56,318 nt of DNA. Origin: a virus (taxonomy: Duplodnaviria; Caudoviricetes). The position numbers were made by a program, and so were the translations under genes. The stretch's first letter is position 1. The number at the start of each line of letters is the position of its first letter. Location: positions 1 through 56,318 of IMG/VR virus record IMGVR_UViG_3300036857_000036. One strand, written 5' to 3'. The notes under the pieces are model-generated. The model made no database searches. It saw only the letters and a list, made by a program, of their open reading frames with translations, and was not told where the DNA came from. This document shows, one piece after another, positions 26,679 through 36,769 of this stretch.

Positions 26679-28136
26679 TCAGAAGGCGGACTCGATGGGC
26701 TTCTTGATCAGGTTGATGACGATCCACTCCGCCTGGCGGCTCGTCTTGACCAGGACTTGGGCGAGGACCCAGCCCTTCTTGATCGTGTCGATCGTGTTGA
26801 TGCCGGGACCGGTATCGACCTTGAACGCCTCGCCCGGCGTGTCGCCGTAGAGCGCGTTCGCCAGGTAATACTTCTGGCAGACACCCGTACAGGCGGTGTT
26901 GACCTTCGCGAACAGATGGTTGTGTCCGTCGATGGTCTTGAGGACGTACTCCTCCATGATCGCGTCGCACTCGTGGGCGATCATCATGACCACCCTCGAC
27001 TCCTGGAAGAACATCCAGTTCTTCTCATCAGGTCCGGCACCCGTCCTGTAACCGTACGTCCGGACCTGGCCGAATATCTCCTTGCCGAGACAGACACCCA
27101 GATCGTTGAGCTCCTCACGGTCAGCGTCCGTGAACTGATCCGTGAGCCCGAGGGCATATCGGCTGATGCCGTCAGCCCCGGCCGCTGCGATGGACGGGTC
27201 GTTGGCCGAATCGGCCAGAGCGATGAGGCCTGACTGCATGCCCGAATACGGAATCACGACCGTTGCCGGATTCGTGTCGTACGGGTAGTTCAGCCACGAG
27301 CCGCAGGGGAGCATCTGACGCGCGCCGGGGATCGTCCAGATCGTGCCGACTTCCGATGCGAGCACCGTCGGATCGTTGGTCTTTGACAGATCGGGAATCC
27401 CCACCCGATGCATCGCCAGGAGATGCGCTCCGATTGCCGTCCAGGTATCGACATCTGCGCGACCCGGCGCAGAGACCTGACCGGGACCGAGGTTGTACGG
27501 AAACGCATCCAGCGCAGCAGCGGCGATGTCTCCACTCCATTGCTGGTCGTCAGCCCCGGCGGTGAGCGCGATGCTCTCATCGGCGTCAGGCAGCACCGGT
27601 GAAGGATCATCCGGATCGGTGATCTCGATGTTGATGTAGCCACTGTCCATTGACCAGGCAACAGCATCATCGACCGTCTTGCAGATCGTAGAACGCTCCA
27701 CAACCACATCGTCGTCCTCGACCTGGAAGACGCGATAGTCGCTGGTCGCACCAGCGGCCACATCGCTGAGCGAGCCGCCCGGCACAGTTGCCGTAACGAC
27801 CAACTTGTTGCCCCAGACGCCAGGCCCCTTGGCGGTGATCGTCAGATCGCCAAGGACACCAGTGGCGGACACGGCTGCTGGGCCGATGCCTCTGGAGATG
27901 TACAGGGTTGACCCACCCTCGTTGAAGAATGCGTGACCACTGTCCATCAGCTCAGCCGAGTCGGCCGTTCTTGCGCCGTACATCTTGTCGAGCTGTTGTG
28001 ACGAGTGGAGCGTTCCTGCGACGCCCACTGGCCCGCGTTCCGTCAACCCGATCATGAACGACTGACCGGGATCGAGAATGGCCTGACCCGGAATGAATTC
28101 GTCAACGATGTTGACGTCAACGCCAGGTCGCGGCAT
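26679..28136 (-). CDS. Tail sheath protein
   Basis: MPRPGVDV, GLTERGPV, FFNEGG, GPGVWGN, RTYGYRT, EAFKVDTG...AEWIVINL. Confidence 0.92.
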   Translation of the reverse strand: MPRPGVDVNIVDEFIPGQAILDPGQSFMIGLTERGPVGVAGTLHSSQQLDKMYGARTADSAELMDSGHAFFNEGGSTLYISRGIGPAAVSATGVLGDLTITAKGPGVWGNKLVVTATVPGGSLSDVAAGATSDYRVFQVEDDDVVVERSTICKTVDDAVAWSMDSGYINIEITDPDDPSPVLPDADESIALTAGADDQQWSGDIAAAALDAFPYNLGPGQVSAPGRADVDTWTAIGAHLLAMHRVGIPDLSKTNDPTVLASEVGTIWTIPGARQMLPCGSWLNYPYDTNPATVVIPYSGMQSGLIALADSANDPSIAAAGADGISRYALGLTDQFTDADREELNDLGVCLGKEIFGQVRTYGYRTGAGPDEKNWMFFQESRVVMMIAHECDAIMEEYVLKTIDGHNHLFAKVNTACTGVCQKYYLANALYGDTPGEAFKVDTGPGINTIDTIKKGWVLAQVLVKTSRQAEWIVINLIKKPIESAF

Positions 28137-28858
28137 TACTCACTCCCTTCTTCTGGTAGTGGCTCCTCAATGGGAACCTTTACAACATCTGCATCAGCCA
28201 ACTCGGACACGGGCCAGGTTGGCTCTTCTGGATCATCAGGATCAGGACGCCACATTGGCTCAATCGGACCTGTCCCCCAAGTTGTGACGTCAAGTAATTC
28301 GACATAGAACGAGGCTATGTACAAACACGTGGTTCGATCCGCGTCAGATTCGAGTCCATTCGGCTTCTCATCGAACCAGTCGATCATCCCGAGGATGCCC
28401 TTGCCATCTGGCGGAACGTCGCGCTGCTGGATCATAATTCCGCGCACAGCAGTTGCGTACAAGGAAGCCAGTCGAATGGCTCGAGGACTGGCGACTTCCT
28501 TGCGACCCTTTGCGACAACGTGAATGCCGAGGTCATATTGCCAGACGCCCTTGTACGCCTTACCAGTTCGACCGTCAAGTGCCATCTTGGCGGGCGGATC
28601 GACAAGCCCCGGAGTTGTGATGATGAGCCCAGGATGTTGATCTTCCGGCATGTTCTCCATATCCGTTGCAACACGGAATGATCTAAAAGGAACAAGCCGG
28701 TCAAAACTCTCACCGCTCTGTCGAGCAACCTCGTGGAGATAATCATACTGCCACTTCTTGATCATTCCAACGATTGCGTCGTCAACAGAATGCTGCCCAA
28801 GTAGCGCGCCATAAAGCAGCTCAGGGAATTCTGTCCGAGTAGGATACACGTCAGGCAT
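28136..28858 (-). CDS. Probable tail terminator/completion protein
   Basis: Synteny directly upstream of the sheath. Confidence 0.55.
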   Translation of the reverse strand: MPDVYPTRTEFPELLYGALLGQHSVDDAIVGMIKKWQYDYLHEVARQSGESFDRLVPFRSFRVATDMENMPEDQHPGLIITTPGLVDPPAKMALDGRTGKAYKGVWQYDLGIHVVAKGRKEVASPRAIRLASLYATAVRGIMIQQRDVPPDGKGILGMIDWFDEKPNGLESDADRTTCLYIASFYVELLDVTTWGTGPIEPMWRPDPDDPEEPTWPVSELADADVVKVPIEEPLPEEGSE

Positions 28859-29297
28859 AAGCTGCCTTCATCCGGTCGCGGATCACGCGTGACATCAACT
28901 TCTGATAGTACAGCGAAATGCGAATGGGACGAGCCGGCATTGTGCTCGTCCCGGTCATGTGGTACCGGCCATATTCGACGTCAGTCAGGATCTCAAGTGA
29001 CGACGGTGTACCGGTGAATGCAGGATGGATAGTCAGACTATCGCGCAGCTTGCGAGACTTGGTGAGAATCGGACCAGGTGGGTAACCCTCGGCAATACGG
29101 CTGCGGATCGTCTTGTCCCGTAGGGGCGCCCATCCAGGCCCTTGCCGCTTGAATGAGTTGTCAATCCCCTTTGCCGCCACCTCAGTGACGGCTGGCCACG
29201 CAGGTCGCATATCCTCCGTAACATTCGCAAGATTCAGCAACTTGCGCTCCACGATACGGGCGCCATACGTCTTGACTTGGAAGCGCGTACCGGCCAT
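28851..29297 (-). CDS. Virion morphogenesis/neck protein (Mu gpG-like)
   Basis: WAPL...T, ILTKSRKLRDSL, YGRYHMTGTSTMPARP. Confidence 0.8.
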   Translation of the reverse strand: MAGTRFQVKTYGARIVERKLLNLANVTEDMRPAWPAVTEVAAKGIDNSFKRQGPGWAPLRDKTIRSRIAEGYPPGPILTKSRKLRDSLTIHPAFTGTPSSLEILTDVEYGRYHMTGTSTMPARPIRISLYYQKLMSRVIRDRMKAAYA

Positions 29298-29812
29298 CAC
29301 CAAGAAGTCTGCCAGCCGACCATGCCGCCGACGTCGATGGGGAATGCGAAGTGTGGAAATGCGGCAGTAGCGCCACCCTCGGGATCTGTCCCGGAACCGC
29401 CACATGCAATTGCCGCCTCACGGAAGACATTGAAGCCAACCGTATCGTCATCCCACAAGTCCTTGTAGCCTTGAAATGCCGAACGATCCGAGCGCACTTG
29501 CTCGGGGAAGTACGACAGCTCAATCAACATGCAGACCAGCAGAATGATCCAATGCTGCGCCTCCTCAGCCAGATCCGGGGCTGAAGAGCACAACCAGTCC
29601 TCGGGGCTGCCGACCGTCCCGTATACCACGCCGGCAGCCCTATCAATCAGCTTCTGAACTTCGTCGCCAGTTGGACGAGTGTCCTCATTGAAGACACCAA
29701 CTTCCTGGTCATCGTTGTCCTGTGTCCGTGCCCGCAGGAAAGCGCCCACATCATCAACGGTGGGGTACCACTCGTCAGGATGTGGCCGAGTGCCGTCAGG
29801 CGGAGTAGACAC
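29297..29812 (-). CDS. Head-to-tail adaptor
   Basis: PTVDDVGAFLRART...TRPT..EV, IELSYFPEQ; synteny. Confidence 0.65.
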   Translation of the reverse strand: MSTPPDGTRPHPDEWYPTVDDVGAFLRARTQDNDDQEVGVFNEDTRPTGDEVQKLIDRAAGVVYGTVGSPEDWLCSSAPDLAEEAQHWIILLVCMLIELSYFPEQVRSDRSAFQGYKDLWDDDTVGFNVFREAAIACGGSGTDPEGGATAAFPHFAFPIDVGGMVGWQTSW

Positions 29813-30261
29813 TATTCCTCCGAATCCAGGATCTTCTGGAGTCCGTTCATGACCCCGGCGCGCGGCTGCCCGCCGGATGCGATCTCTTCAGCGTCCATGA
29901 GTGCCTCGGCCTTATCAGGATCATTGTCGGCAAGAGCCACCGTAGCGACCACCGTCGGCTTGTTGTCCTTGAGATAGGCCACCAGCTCATCCTGGTTGCT
30001 GAAGTCGAGTTCGCTGCTGTCGAGCGGCGGCTCGGAGGTGGCTTCTTCCTCAGCCACCTCCGCCGGTTCGTCAGCTGTGGTCATGAAAGCACCGACTGCC
30101 TCGCCGCGCTCGATGTCCTCGTCGCGCGGGATGTCGACCGACTGGTTCCGTAGAGCGATGTGTCGACTGAGCCGTGTCTTCTTCTCGCCTGTGGAGGGAT
30201 CGGTGTATTCACGTTCCGTATAGTACAGGAACTGTGCGTGCTTGATCGTGACCTGGGCCAT
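29812..30261 (-). CDS. Head-associated hypothetical protein
   Basis: Follows the capsid gene; C-terminal AE...PRAGVM helical motif. Confidence 0.55.
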   Translation of the reverse strand: MAQVTIKHAQFLYYTEREYTDPSTGEKKTRLSRHIALRNQSVDIPRDEDIERGEAVGAFMTTADEPAEVAEEEATSEPPLDSSELDFSNQDELVAYLKDNKPTVVATVALADNDPDKAEALMDAEEIASGGQPRAGVMNGLQKILDSEE

Positions 30262-30263
30262 GG

Positions 30264-31337
30264 CTACGGAGTGCCGTCGAGGCCCTTGAAGTGCAGGATC
30301 GCGAACTTGTTGTCCACGAACCAGAGCGGGCGGACTGAGGACTGCGCCCATGTCCGCTCTGTCTTCTGCTCGCGCCATGTCTCGGTGCCGAGCGGCTTCT
30401 CCGTCCGCATCTGACCGACCTGACGCTCAGCCACGGCGTACGCCTCACCGGCGGCCACACGCGGGCTGCTGTAGAACGAAGGCATCCCGGGCGCGCCGAG
30501 GGCAGGCCCGTAGATGGCGGTGAGGGCGAGCGACTCCTGTGGGTTGATGAGCCACAGGTTGTACTCGATCCCCATCTCCTCGTTGTCCGCCTGCATGTTG
30601 GCGCGACCGAAGTCATACGCCGGACTCTCCTGCGGCGGGTCTGTTTCGGGGTTGTACGACGCCCAGTCGTTGCCGATGACGTCGCGGCTGCCATCGGCGA
30701 TGGCTCCGTTGAGCGTGTTCATCGCCCGCTGGTTGAGCTTGCGGACGATGGTGTTGGCCAGTTGCCGCATGAGGCGCGTGAAGTTGGCGGTGTCGTTCCG
30801 GTCACGGGCTTCGTCCGTGATGAACGTCTTGCCGCCCCACTTCTCCACCTCAGCGACGTTCGGCACGAGCTGCTCGGTAGTCACGAGCGGGAACTCGCCG
30901 GCAGGTGCCACCTGCTCGACATCCCTGTTCGTGTACAGCTCGTTCTCCTGCACCACGTCGTAGACGACGGCACCGCCGGTGACTCCGCCACCCGACGCGA
31001 AGATACGGTCAGCGATGAACCGCTCCTGCGTCAGATCCATGATCATCCGCGTGATGCGCGTCGGCTGGTTGAGCATCGTCGGCACCGTGATGGAGGTGCC
31101 CGCGACGCTCGGCGGACCCAGCGGGTGGGTCGTCGGCGCAGGGTACGTAGTGGCTGCCGTCATGCGACGGCGACCGCCCTGGTGAAGCTGAGCCTGACGG
31201 CGCCGTTCGAGCGCACCGCCCCTGTTGGCTGCGATTGCCGCAGCGGCCCAGGCCTGCATCTGTCGGTTGGACCCGCGAAGCAGACCCTCGTACGAGCAGA
31301 AGGCTTCCAGCTGTCGTTCTGTCACTCCTCTGTACAT
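30264..31337 (-). CDS. Major capsid protein
   Basis: EQVAPAGEFP, VEKWGGKTFITDEARDRN; strong AGGAGGT RBS at 31337 (alternative start 31163). Confidence 0.85.
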   Translation of the reverse strand: MYRGVTERQLEAFCSYEGLLRGSNRQMQAWAAAAIAANRGGALERRRQAQLHQGGRRRMTAATTYPAPTTHPLGPPSVAGTSITVPTMLNQPTRITRMIMDLTQERFIADRIFASGGGVTGGAVVYDVVQENELYTNRDVEQVAPAGEFPLVTTEQLVPNVAEVEKWGGKTFITDEARDRNDTANFTRLMRQLANTIVRKLNQRAMNTLNGAIADGSRDVIGNDWASYNPETDPPQESPAYDFGRANMQADNEEMGIEYNLWLINPQESLALTAIYGPALGAPGMPSFYSSPRVAAGEAYAVAERQVGQMRTEKPLGTETWREQKTERTWAQSSVRPLWFVDNKFAILHFKGLDGTP

Positions 31338-31352
31338 TCCCTCACCTCCTTC

Positions 31353-31784
31353 CTAGAGCCGCAGCAGGACGATGGCGTCCTGGCCGACTGCGGCGTCGGC
31401 CAGACACAGGCCGAATCCCGATGCGCGATCTGCGGCCTTGCCGGCCTGACCGCCCGCCACCGGAGTGACGTTGTCTCCTGCCGCGAGGGCGACAGAGGCA
31501 GTGATCGGGACCACGAAGCCGTCGGTGAAGACGGTAGTGGTATAGCCGATGTCAGCATCGTGCTCGGCCACGCCGAACACCTTGGTTGATGCCGCGCCTG
31601 CCGGCTTGATGCGAACGTTGCCGCCCGTGCCGCCAGGGTCAGGATCCAGACCGCGTGAGCCGGGGTCCTTGGTCGCAGCGATCTCCACGAACGTCTTGCC
31701 GATGACCTTGACGCCGGTGGCACGACCCGTGATGCGACTGCCGGGCTCGTAGTAGGGAACAGCAAGGTTGGCGGTGTTGGTCAT
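31353..31784 (-). CDS. Capsid decoration/cement protein (DUF2190-like)
   Basis: FGVAEHDA...VPITAS..LAAGD..V...G.CLADA; lies between scaffold and capsid. Confidence 0.75.
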   Translation of the reverse strand: MTNTANLAVPYYEPGSRITGRATGVKVIGKTFVEIAATKDPGSRGLDPDPGGTGGNVRIKPAGAASTKVFGVAEHDADIGYTTTVFTDGFVVPITASVALAAGDNVTPVAGGQAGKAADRASGFGLCLADAAVGQDAIVLLRL

Positions 31785-33373
31785 CAGCCCTGCCCTCCTC
31801 GGTGAACCTCAGGCAGCCACTCGGCCGGATATGCCTCGACGGTCAGATCCTCGGTCGGGTGCTCCGCTCCGATGGGGTCGCCGACCGGCAGCAATCCTGC
31901 TGCCAATCCGCCTTGCTCCACGGATGCCGTCAGTAGCGTCCGTGTGCCCTCGGGATCGCGCTCCCAGGCTTGCTCCCAGTGCTCAGCCCGACTCGGTGGG
32001 ATCTTGCCGTCGGCCACGGCATCGACGATGACGCGGTCACGATCCTCCTGATTTTGTCGGGCGAACGCCTGCGAGCCTTGCTGGGCGCCAAGCCGGAGGG
32101 CATGGTATGTGGCCGCATCGAGCCTGACGGTGCCGTCGGCTGCCGCCTGGACGGGCTCGGTGGGTGTCTGGGGAGGCGTCGTGGGCTGCGTGACCGCAGG
32201 GTCGTTCGGCCCAGACGGCGCGGTGTTGTCAGGAGCCACTGGCGGCGTTGCCGCTGTGCCTGACGCCGATGTGCCAGGCTGTTCGGCTGCCGGCGCTCGC
32301 GGCGCGGGCGCAGGTGCCGAGGGCACTTCCTGGCCAGGTGGTGCGACGAAGCCAGCAGCTTCCAGCGCCGTCTGCACCTCCTCATCAGTTGCGTCGTCCT
32401 CCAGACCCAAAGCGTTTCGCAACGCAAGCGGGTCAACTTCAGTGGTCGTCGCGCCCACTCGATTGAACTCCTCTCGTGACGCGTAGACTGCCCGGCGACG
32501 AGCCGTTGGATGTAGGCTCTCCCAGGCGGCAGTCGCGGCCAGCGCGGCTGTCTCCTTCTCCTTGGGCTTGGGCTTGTCTACGTACTTGATCTTGACGAGG
32601 ATGGGATCGGAGAACTCCACATTCTCGCCACTGACGGCGTAGGGGACTCGATACAGCTCACCGCTGTCCTCGTCCTCCACGATCAGTTCGTTGGGATCCA
32701 TGTACATCGAGCGGATCCACCACCAGTACTGATCGGGCGACTTCTGCTCGCGGTACGCGCGCATGATCTCGTCCACATCCACTTGACCACGAATGGCCCC
32801 AGATGCGGCGAGGCTTGCGCCAAACACTGCCTCTACCTCCCCTCGTGTTGACAAAACCTGTACGTTGTCCGGACCATCGACGGAGTACAGCGCCTTGATG
32901 TCGTCCAGCGTCGAAACGCCAGGCCATACGACACCTAGGAGCGCCAAATCCGTGAGGACCACTCGCCAGTGGTGGCCGGTTGGAGTCTCCACTTCAGTTG
33001 CGGCCTCGATTGAACGGGCCGGATACGCACTTGGCAGAACCCGAGCCAGCCATGCAGGGATCTGCGTGTAGTTTCCGCGAACAAGATGACCGTCTTGATC
33101 AAGATGGAGATTTTGGAGCGTCCCAATTGCAGGCTGTCCATCCTCCAGCAGCCCGATGTCTGCTTCGTGACCCAACTTCAGCCGCGGGGTCTTGACTGCC
33201 GGGTCATCCTGCGACGACACGATGTCGTTTAGGTCATCGACCGTGAAGGTGCGCGGACCTGATGCAAGCGGGTACTCGATGCCCGTCTGCACGACTTCGA
33301 CATCCTCGACATCGACCAACTCTGCCATCGAGATGGTGGCCGCTGCCGCCGCAAAGATGACCGGAGGCCTCAT
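31784..33373 (-). CDS. Mu-like prohead protease/scaffold
   Basis: LKLGH...PAIG, YPARSIE, LTDLALLG..PGV; C-terminal DAVADGKIPP scaffold region. Confidence 0.8.
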   Translation of the reverse strand: MRPPVIFAAAAATISMAELVDVEDVEVVQTGIEYPLASGPRTFTVDDLNDIVSSQDDPAVKTPRLKLGHEADIGLLEDGQPAIGTLQNLHLDQDGHLVRGNYTQIPAWLARVLPSAYPARSIEAATEVETPTGHHWRVVLTDLALLGVVWPGVSTLDDIKALYSVDGPDNVQVLSTRGEVEAVFGASLAASGAIRGQVDVDEIMRAYREQKSPDQYWWWIRSMYMDPNELIVEDEDSGELYRVPYAVSGENVEFSDPILVKIKYVDKPKPKEKETAALAATAAWESLHPTARRRAVYASREEFNRVGATTTEVDPLALRNALGLEDDATDEEVQTALEAAGFVAPPGQEVPSAPAPAPRAPAAEQPGTSASGTAATPPVAPDNTAPSGPNDPAVTQPTTPPQTPTEPVQAAADGTVRLDAATYHALRLGAQQGSQAFARQNQEDRDRVIVDAVADGKIPPSRAEHWEQAWERDPEGTRTLLTASVEQGGLAAGLLPVGDPIGAEHPTEDLTVEAYPAEWLPEVHRGGQG

Positions 33374-33522
33374 CGACGCCGCCTGCGCCGACGCTTCTTG
33401 GACTTCTTTCCCTTCACGTACTTGGGGAGCTTGCCCTTGTTGTCGAAGTGGTGCCTGCGCGCCCAGGCTGCACCCTTGACTCCGAATGCCCAAGCGCGCT
33501 GCTTCTGTGACCGAGCCGGCAT
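33370..33522 (-). CDS. Small very basic protein
   Basis: MPARSQKQRAWAF...KLPKYVKGKKSKKRRRRRRR; ATGA-coupled to the protease gene. Confidence 0.6.
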   Translation of the reverse strand: MPARSQKQRAWAFGVKGAAWARRHHFDNKGKLPKYVKGKKSKKRRRRRRR

Positions 33523-33526
33523 CAGG

Positions 33527-33886
33527 TCACCCGATGTACCGCTTGGCGTAGCCCATCGCGGCGATCTGTCGGCGCTGCCGGGCCTGGCGCTCTGCCGGCG
33601 TTGGCTGAACCTTTTCGGGGTCCCAGACAGGGTACGGCTTAGTGCCGACCAGAACTTCCTGGTGCGTGCGCGTGTCACCGTTCATGTCTTGGACTTCGAT
33701 CACGTACGTGCCGTCAGCGGCATAGCTGCGACTGGCCTGAGCAGTTCCGGCCGCGTATGTGGTCACCGTACCGTCGCCCCAGTCAGCCCGCCACGGCTTG
33801 GCTGCTCCGTCCAGCGTCGGGTCGAACGACACGTTGAGCTGCACCGTCCTCGCCGCCTGGTCGGTGACGATTGCCGTCATGTTCAT
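33527..33886 (-). CDS. PKD/Ig-like domain protein
   Basis: ADWGDGT...SRSYAADGTYVIEV. Confidence 0.7.
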   Translation of the reverse strand: MNMTAIVTDQAARTVQLNVSFDPTLDGAAKPWRADWGDGTVTTYAAGTAQASRSYAADGTYVIEVQDMNGDTRTHQEVLVGTKPYPVWDPEKVQPTPAERQARQRRQIAAMGYAKRYIG

Positions 33887-36105
33887 GGAAAAACTCCTGT
33901 TGAGTAAGTCGCCACAACCGTACCGCGACAGCGATCTCGGCCAAGGCAGTTGATGTATCCGCCCGAGGCATAGAGCCTGGCGGCATCTTCGCGAGTCAGC
34001 TTGAGTCCGTCAACCTGGATGCAATTCCGGCAAGTGTTGCGATCCAGGATCTCACTCGCGAACAGTTCAGGCTGCTGCTCTGTGGAGTCGTAGACTGCCA
34101 ACCTCCCCGTGTTTACAGCAGCCTGAACCGTCCCGGCCAAGCGATCAGAGATGGACGATTCCGATGCCTGCGAAAGCTCATCAGTCACTTCATCTGCGAG
34201 CGTCTGCGACGTAATCACGTCCGACGTTCTCCTCAGCGCAGTCCTCCCGGCAGCATCGCCGAGTTCCGATGCCATCACATCTGCCATCGCGGTTGCTCTT
34301 GAACGCAAGTCTGTGTCGATTTCGTCCCAGTTGACGGTAGGAGGCGGCTGTCCTTGCGATACCACTTCACGAGTGGCTTCAGCCACCGCCTCCTGCGCCG
34401 CCACCTTCAGACGGGCAAACAACTCCTCAGCGCCCAGGGGTGAGGCGCTGACCCGCACCAGTCGTTCCAGATCCGTGGTCCGCACTTGGGACAGGTTGGC
34501 GTTGATCTCGGCCAGCTGAGCCGGTCTGACCGCCGTCATCCAGTAATGAACGACTTCGTCAATCGCAGTACCGAACAGTTCATCCAGTTGCTGCGGACTC
34601 ATCGATGCCTGCAGTTCATGCTCGTACAGCTGCCGCCGATACGGCCAGGCAGGCTGCTGCTCGATCCATGGAAATGCCGGAGCGGCGGGAGCCAGGGCAA
34701 CAAGACCAGGAGGTTCGAGGGTCTCATTCCCGTTGTTGCTACCCACCGCTCCGCCTACGGGCAGGGATGGCATGCCCGCTCGTGCGCCGGGACTGGACGA
34801 CGCACGCCTCGGCAGGCGAGCGCGGGACGCCTGCGTTTGAGGCTGAAGCTCTTGCGGCATGTCTGCCCCACGAAAGTCATTCATCCGCACTTGCGATGAG
34901 TCATCCTTATGATACGCAAGCAACGGGAAGTGATCGGTCTGGTCATCGACGTTCCACCGCCACCAGTCACCAATCAGATGTGGATTGTCCACTGAGACGA
35001 TCCAGTCAGCGATCATCTCTTGCTGGAGGGAGAACCAGTCTATGAAGCTCTCGCCGAGTGCGCGGCTACCAGTGTCGGTTTGCCCAAGCTGGAAGAACAT
35101 CATGAGAAGGGATCGCGCCATCTCCTCATTCTGGAAGCGCATACTGGCGATGGTGTCGGGGAGCGCCCCTTGCGTTCCTTGCAGCGTCAGCTTGGCGCCG
35201 TACGGCAAGGCACCCCCGCCACGCTCCCCAACCTTGTACTCCTGCGCCATGCGATCAAGCTCCTGGATCTGAGGGCCACTCGCTCCCTCAGGTGCCTCCA
35301 CAATCGGCATGCCCACACCGTTGCGTTCGTGCTTGATCGCATCCACGCGCAGAAGCCGGTCCTTGATCAGATAGTTCCGGTACATCGGGCGGAAGATGCT
35401 GCGTCCCACCCAGTTGCCCGGCTCCTGGTCCCACACATAGCAGACCATCCGATCAATCGGGATCTCAGGAGCCCCCACGGACATCCCGAGCATCCTCGCC
35501 TCCCGCGCCCCAAGTCCATAGCCTTGCTTCACGAACAAGAGGCCGCCATCTTCGCCCACCCATATCTCGGTGATTGTCCGGGGGTGCCGAGGAGCAAGCT
35601 TGCGAAGCTGCCAACGTTGACGACCACCAGGGCCGTCGAACACTATCTCCCCGCTCTGCTCGAAGTAGTAGTAGCCATAGTACATGGCTTTGAGCGCGTC
35701 GCGCAGATGGTTGTACCAACTGAAGCGATTGTCGGTCCGCAGCGCGCCACGCTTCTGTCCGGACTCATGAGCCTGCTTCGCGGCGTCCAGCCCAACGGGG
35801 AGGTTCAGGTCGGCGGCGAGCAGATTGACCCACTGCGTCGGACAGTCATTCGGGTCAAGGTACCAGATGTAGCGCTGGATCGCTGCCGTCGCCCCGAGGT
35901 ACAGTCCCTGACACTGACTGTCGTTCCGCATCTGATCGTAGATTTGGACGGACTTTGGCCACTGTAGGTCTGGCGCCTTCTCGACGTCATCCTGCCACTG
36001 GCCCCATGGGAGCAGGCCGGTGAACTCGTAGACAGACGAGACCCCACGACCGATTTCAGAAGTCGGCGCCTGGTCAAACGAGTCTGTTCCGATACCTGCT
36101 CCCAT
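33883..36105 (-). CDS. Portal protein (Mu gp29/DUF935-like) with C-terminal MuF-like domain
   Basis: GRSIFRPMY, ERNGVGMP, GSRALG; C-terminal ASEILDRNTCRNC...CLGRDRCRGTVV. Confidence 0.85.
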   Translation of the reverse strand: MGAGIGTDSFDQAPTSEIGRGVSSVYEFTGLLPWGQWQDDVEKAPDLQWPKSVQIYDQMRNDSQCQGLYLGATAAIQRYIWYLDPNDCPTQWVNLLAADLNLPVGLDAAKQAHESGQKRGALRTDNRFSWYNHLRDALKAMYYGYYYFEQSGEIVFDGPGGRQRWQLRKLAPRHPRTITEIWVGEDGGLLFVKQGYGLGAREARMLGMSVGAPEIPIDRMVCYVWDQEPGNWVGRSIFRPMYRNYLIKDRLLRVDAIKHERNGVGMPIVEAPEGASGPQIQELDRMAQEYKVGERGGGALPYGAKLTLQGTQGALPDTIASMRFQNEEMARSLLMMFFQLGQTDTGSRALGESFIDWFSLQQEMIADWIVSVDNPHLIGDWWRWNVDDQTDHFPLLAYHKDDSSQVRMNDFRGADMPQELQPQTQASRARLPRRASSSPGARAGMPSLPVGGAVGSNNGNETLEPPGLVALAPAAPAFPWIEQQPAWPYRRQLYEHELQASMSPQQLDELFGTAIDEVVHYWMTAVRPAQLAEINANLSQVRTTDLERLVRVSASPLGAEELFARLKVAAQEAVAEATREVVSQGQPPPTVNWDEIDTDLRSRATAMADVMASELGDAAGRTALRRTSDVITSQTLADEVTDELSQASESSISDRLAGTVQAAVNTGRLAVYDSTEQQPELFASEILDRNTCRNCIQVDGLKLTREDAARLYASGGYINCLGRDRCRGTVVATYSTGVFP

Positions 36106-36184
36106 GAGAATGCCCTATCTTTATCCCGATCAGAGTTGGGGGTTCACCTAACCAGCGCCCAGGGCTGGTGGCGTAGCCTGCCTC

Positions 36185-36391
36185 CTACTCGTCGTCGCTG
36201 TCCTCCTCTTCATCCTCGTCCTCGTCCGTGCCCTCGGCCTCCGGCTGAGGCGGAACGACTGGCGCCGGGTGGCCCGGCTCGCCGAACTTGGTGGGGTCTC
36301 CTGCGTCCTCGGCGGGCTGGTCCGCGCCGTGCCCGTCTGTCTCCTCGCCGTTGGTGGTCTCGGGCTCGGGCTCTGCGGTCTCGTCGGTCAT
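36185..36391 (-). CDS. Small acidic low-complexity protein
   Basis: D/E/P-rich; coupled to the upstream ORF. Confidence 0.5.
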   Translation of the reverse strand: MTDETAEPEPETTNGEETDGHGADQPAEDAGDPTKFGEPGHPAPVVPPQPEAEGTDEDEDEEEDSDDE

Positions 36392-36558
36392 TCCCGTGTC
36401 TCCGTGTCGTCTGGTGTTGGGGTTGTTGGTGCAGCTTCCGTGCGGCGTTCTTCCTCGACCATCTCTGCTTCTTCCAGATCGAGGCGATGCTGGATCTCGC
36501 TCATCCGCTCGGGACCCATCTGGTCGTCGTTGCCGGGTTCAGTCCGTTCCATTTTCAT
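36388..36558 (-). CDS. Small acidic protein
   Basis: Coupled ORF in the lysis region. Confidence 0.4.
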   Translation of the reverse strand: MKMERTEPGNDDQMGPERMSEIQHRLDLEEAEMVEEERRTEAAPTTPTPDDTETRE

Positions 36559-36769
36559 ACTTCCCTCGCGCAATCCATCCGGCGAACCCACCGGCCAGAG
36601 TTGCGCCGATTGACGTCAGCCCGGTCGTAGCAACCTCGGTGACGCTGTCCGTATGCCAGCCCAGAGCGGTGATCCCAATGATGACTGCAAACAGACAAAC
36701 TCCACCGCCGATCACTGCGGCGAGAATGACCTTGTCGCGGCGCGGAGGCGGAGGCAGTTCGCTCATCAC
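36539..36769 (-). CDS. Probable holin (2 TM)
   Basis: Two hydrophobic helices right after the endolysin; MM start. Confidence 0.6.
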   Translation of the reverse strand: MMSELPPPPRRDKVILAAVIGGGVCLFAVIIGITALGWHTDSVTEVATTGLTSIGATLAGGFAGWIARGKYENGTD

